64,000 nucleotides of DNA from Candidatus Acidiferrales bacterium (GTDB lineage Bacteria > Chloroflexota > Dormibacteria > Aeolococcales > Bog-877), in assembly GCA_035533655.1 (NCBI GenBank), contig DATLTJ010000107.1, forward strand, positions 72 through 64,071, written 5' to 3'. Shown piece by piece: positions 63,661 to 64,000 of this stretch (positions are counted from its first letter, which is position 1; each line of letters begins with the position of its first letter). The translations under genes were made by a program, and so were the position numbers. The notes below the pieces were generated by a model. The model was not told the origin of the DNA. It saw only the letters and a program-made list of their open reading frames with translations, and ran no database searches.

Positions 63661-63818
63661 CTGGACCAGAAGTCTAGGAGCGGCTTCGCGGAGTCCGATA
63701 TTTTGGGGTCGGAGCCGAATTCACACGTCCCTGAGGACTACGGTATCTCAGTCGGTGGCTTCGGCATTTCGTGGTGGGAACTTCAAATCGGAGCACTACT
63801 TTTGGATCGACTCCTCCA

Positions 63819-63859
63819 CGGGACCGAATAGCCGACCAATGGTCGGCTATTCGGTCCCG
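63819..63859. repeat. Perfect 19-bp inverted repeat (CGGGACCGAATAGCCGACC-aat-GGTCGGCTATTCGGTCCCG)
   Basis: Read directly from the sequence. It lies in a lower-G+C non-coding stretch upstream of the HEXXH gene and ~100 nt downstream of a possible minus-strand gene end near 63965. No flanking U-tract. Confidence 0.6.
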
Positions 63860-64000
63860 CCGGACGGTGAGCGAGAAGGCTCGGCTGGAGGGAGCTCTTC
63901 CAGAGTCCAGAATATCCGACCCCCTCGGGCTGCCACGCGACGATCCTCCTCTTCGGCTGCCGCTTAGCTACCGCGCAAGATGACTCTCTCGCAGCGTTCT

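Overview
This is a visibly high-G+C bacterial chromosomal segment. Third codon positions are overwhelmingly G/C and antisense frames are almost free of stops, so the ORF track holds many spurious long ORFs and over-extended N-termini.

Layout, in order:
- The window opens in the 3' end of an rRNA operon: the last ~257 nt of 23S, a spacer, then 5S.
- About 65 tightly packed, mostly housekeeping genes follow, many joined by ATGA/GTGA overlaps. They are two tandem CtaG-type oxidase assembly genes, rlmN-folE, hemH-hemY and a 2-oxoacid dehydrogenase E1a/E1b/E2 operon.
- Next come tRNA-Leu(GAG), an FMN riboswitch driving ribD-ribE-ribBA-ribH, rpmB, asp23-yloV-degV-recG-rsmD-coaD, rpmF, fabD, acpP and rnc-smc-ftsY.
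- Then ylxM-ffh-rpsP-KH-rimM-trmD-rplS, trxA, topA and hslVU.
- A ~9-kb accessory-looking block follows: GNAT, a gene-poor spacer, an APC permease, a metallophosphoesterase, a nucleotidyltransferase-like protein and three C-N hydrolases.
- The window ends with rpsB-tsf-pyrH-frr-uppS-cdsA-dxr-rseP-ispG and a minus-strand group (GATase, aminotransferase, cupredoxin lipoprotein, HEXXH protein).

The gene order is strikingly Bacillus-like despite the high G+C, which suggests a deep Terrabacteria-type lineage. I cannot resolve the taxon from sequence alone.

I saw no transposase, integrase, phage gene, CRISPR array or recognisable defence/toxin cassette, and I cannot point to a clear new multi-gene system. 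The window looks mostly ordinary. The most unusual items are:
- an RNase III with a long tail of evenly spaced poly-Arg motifs;
- an orphan pseudo-receiver/ParA-like protein with both Walker-A lysines replaced by Arg;
- a coupled metallophosphoesterase + AbiEii-like nucleotidyltransferase pair;
- two decayed genes (a TDT-family transporter and a membrane-protein remnant beside the tRNA);
- a riboflavin synthase with no canonical start codon at the expected Met;
- a ~750-bp stretch with no convincing coding signal.

All family assignments come from motif recognition by eye. No searches or computations were run.
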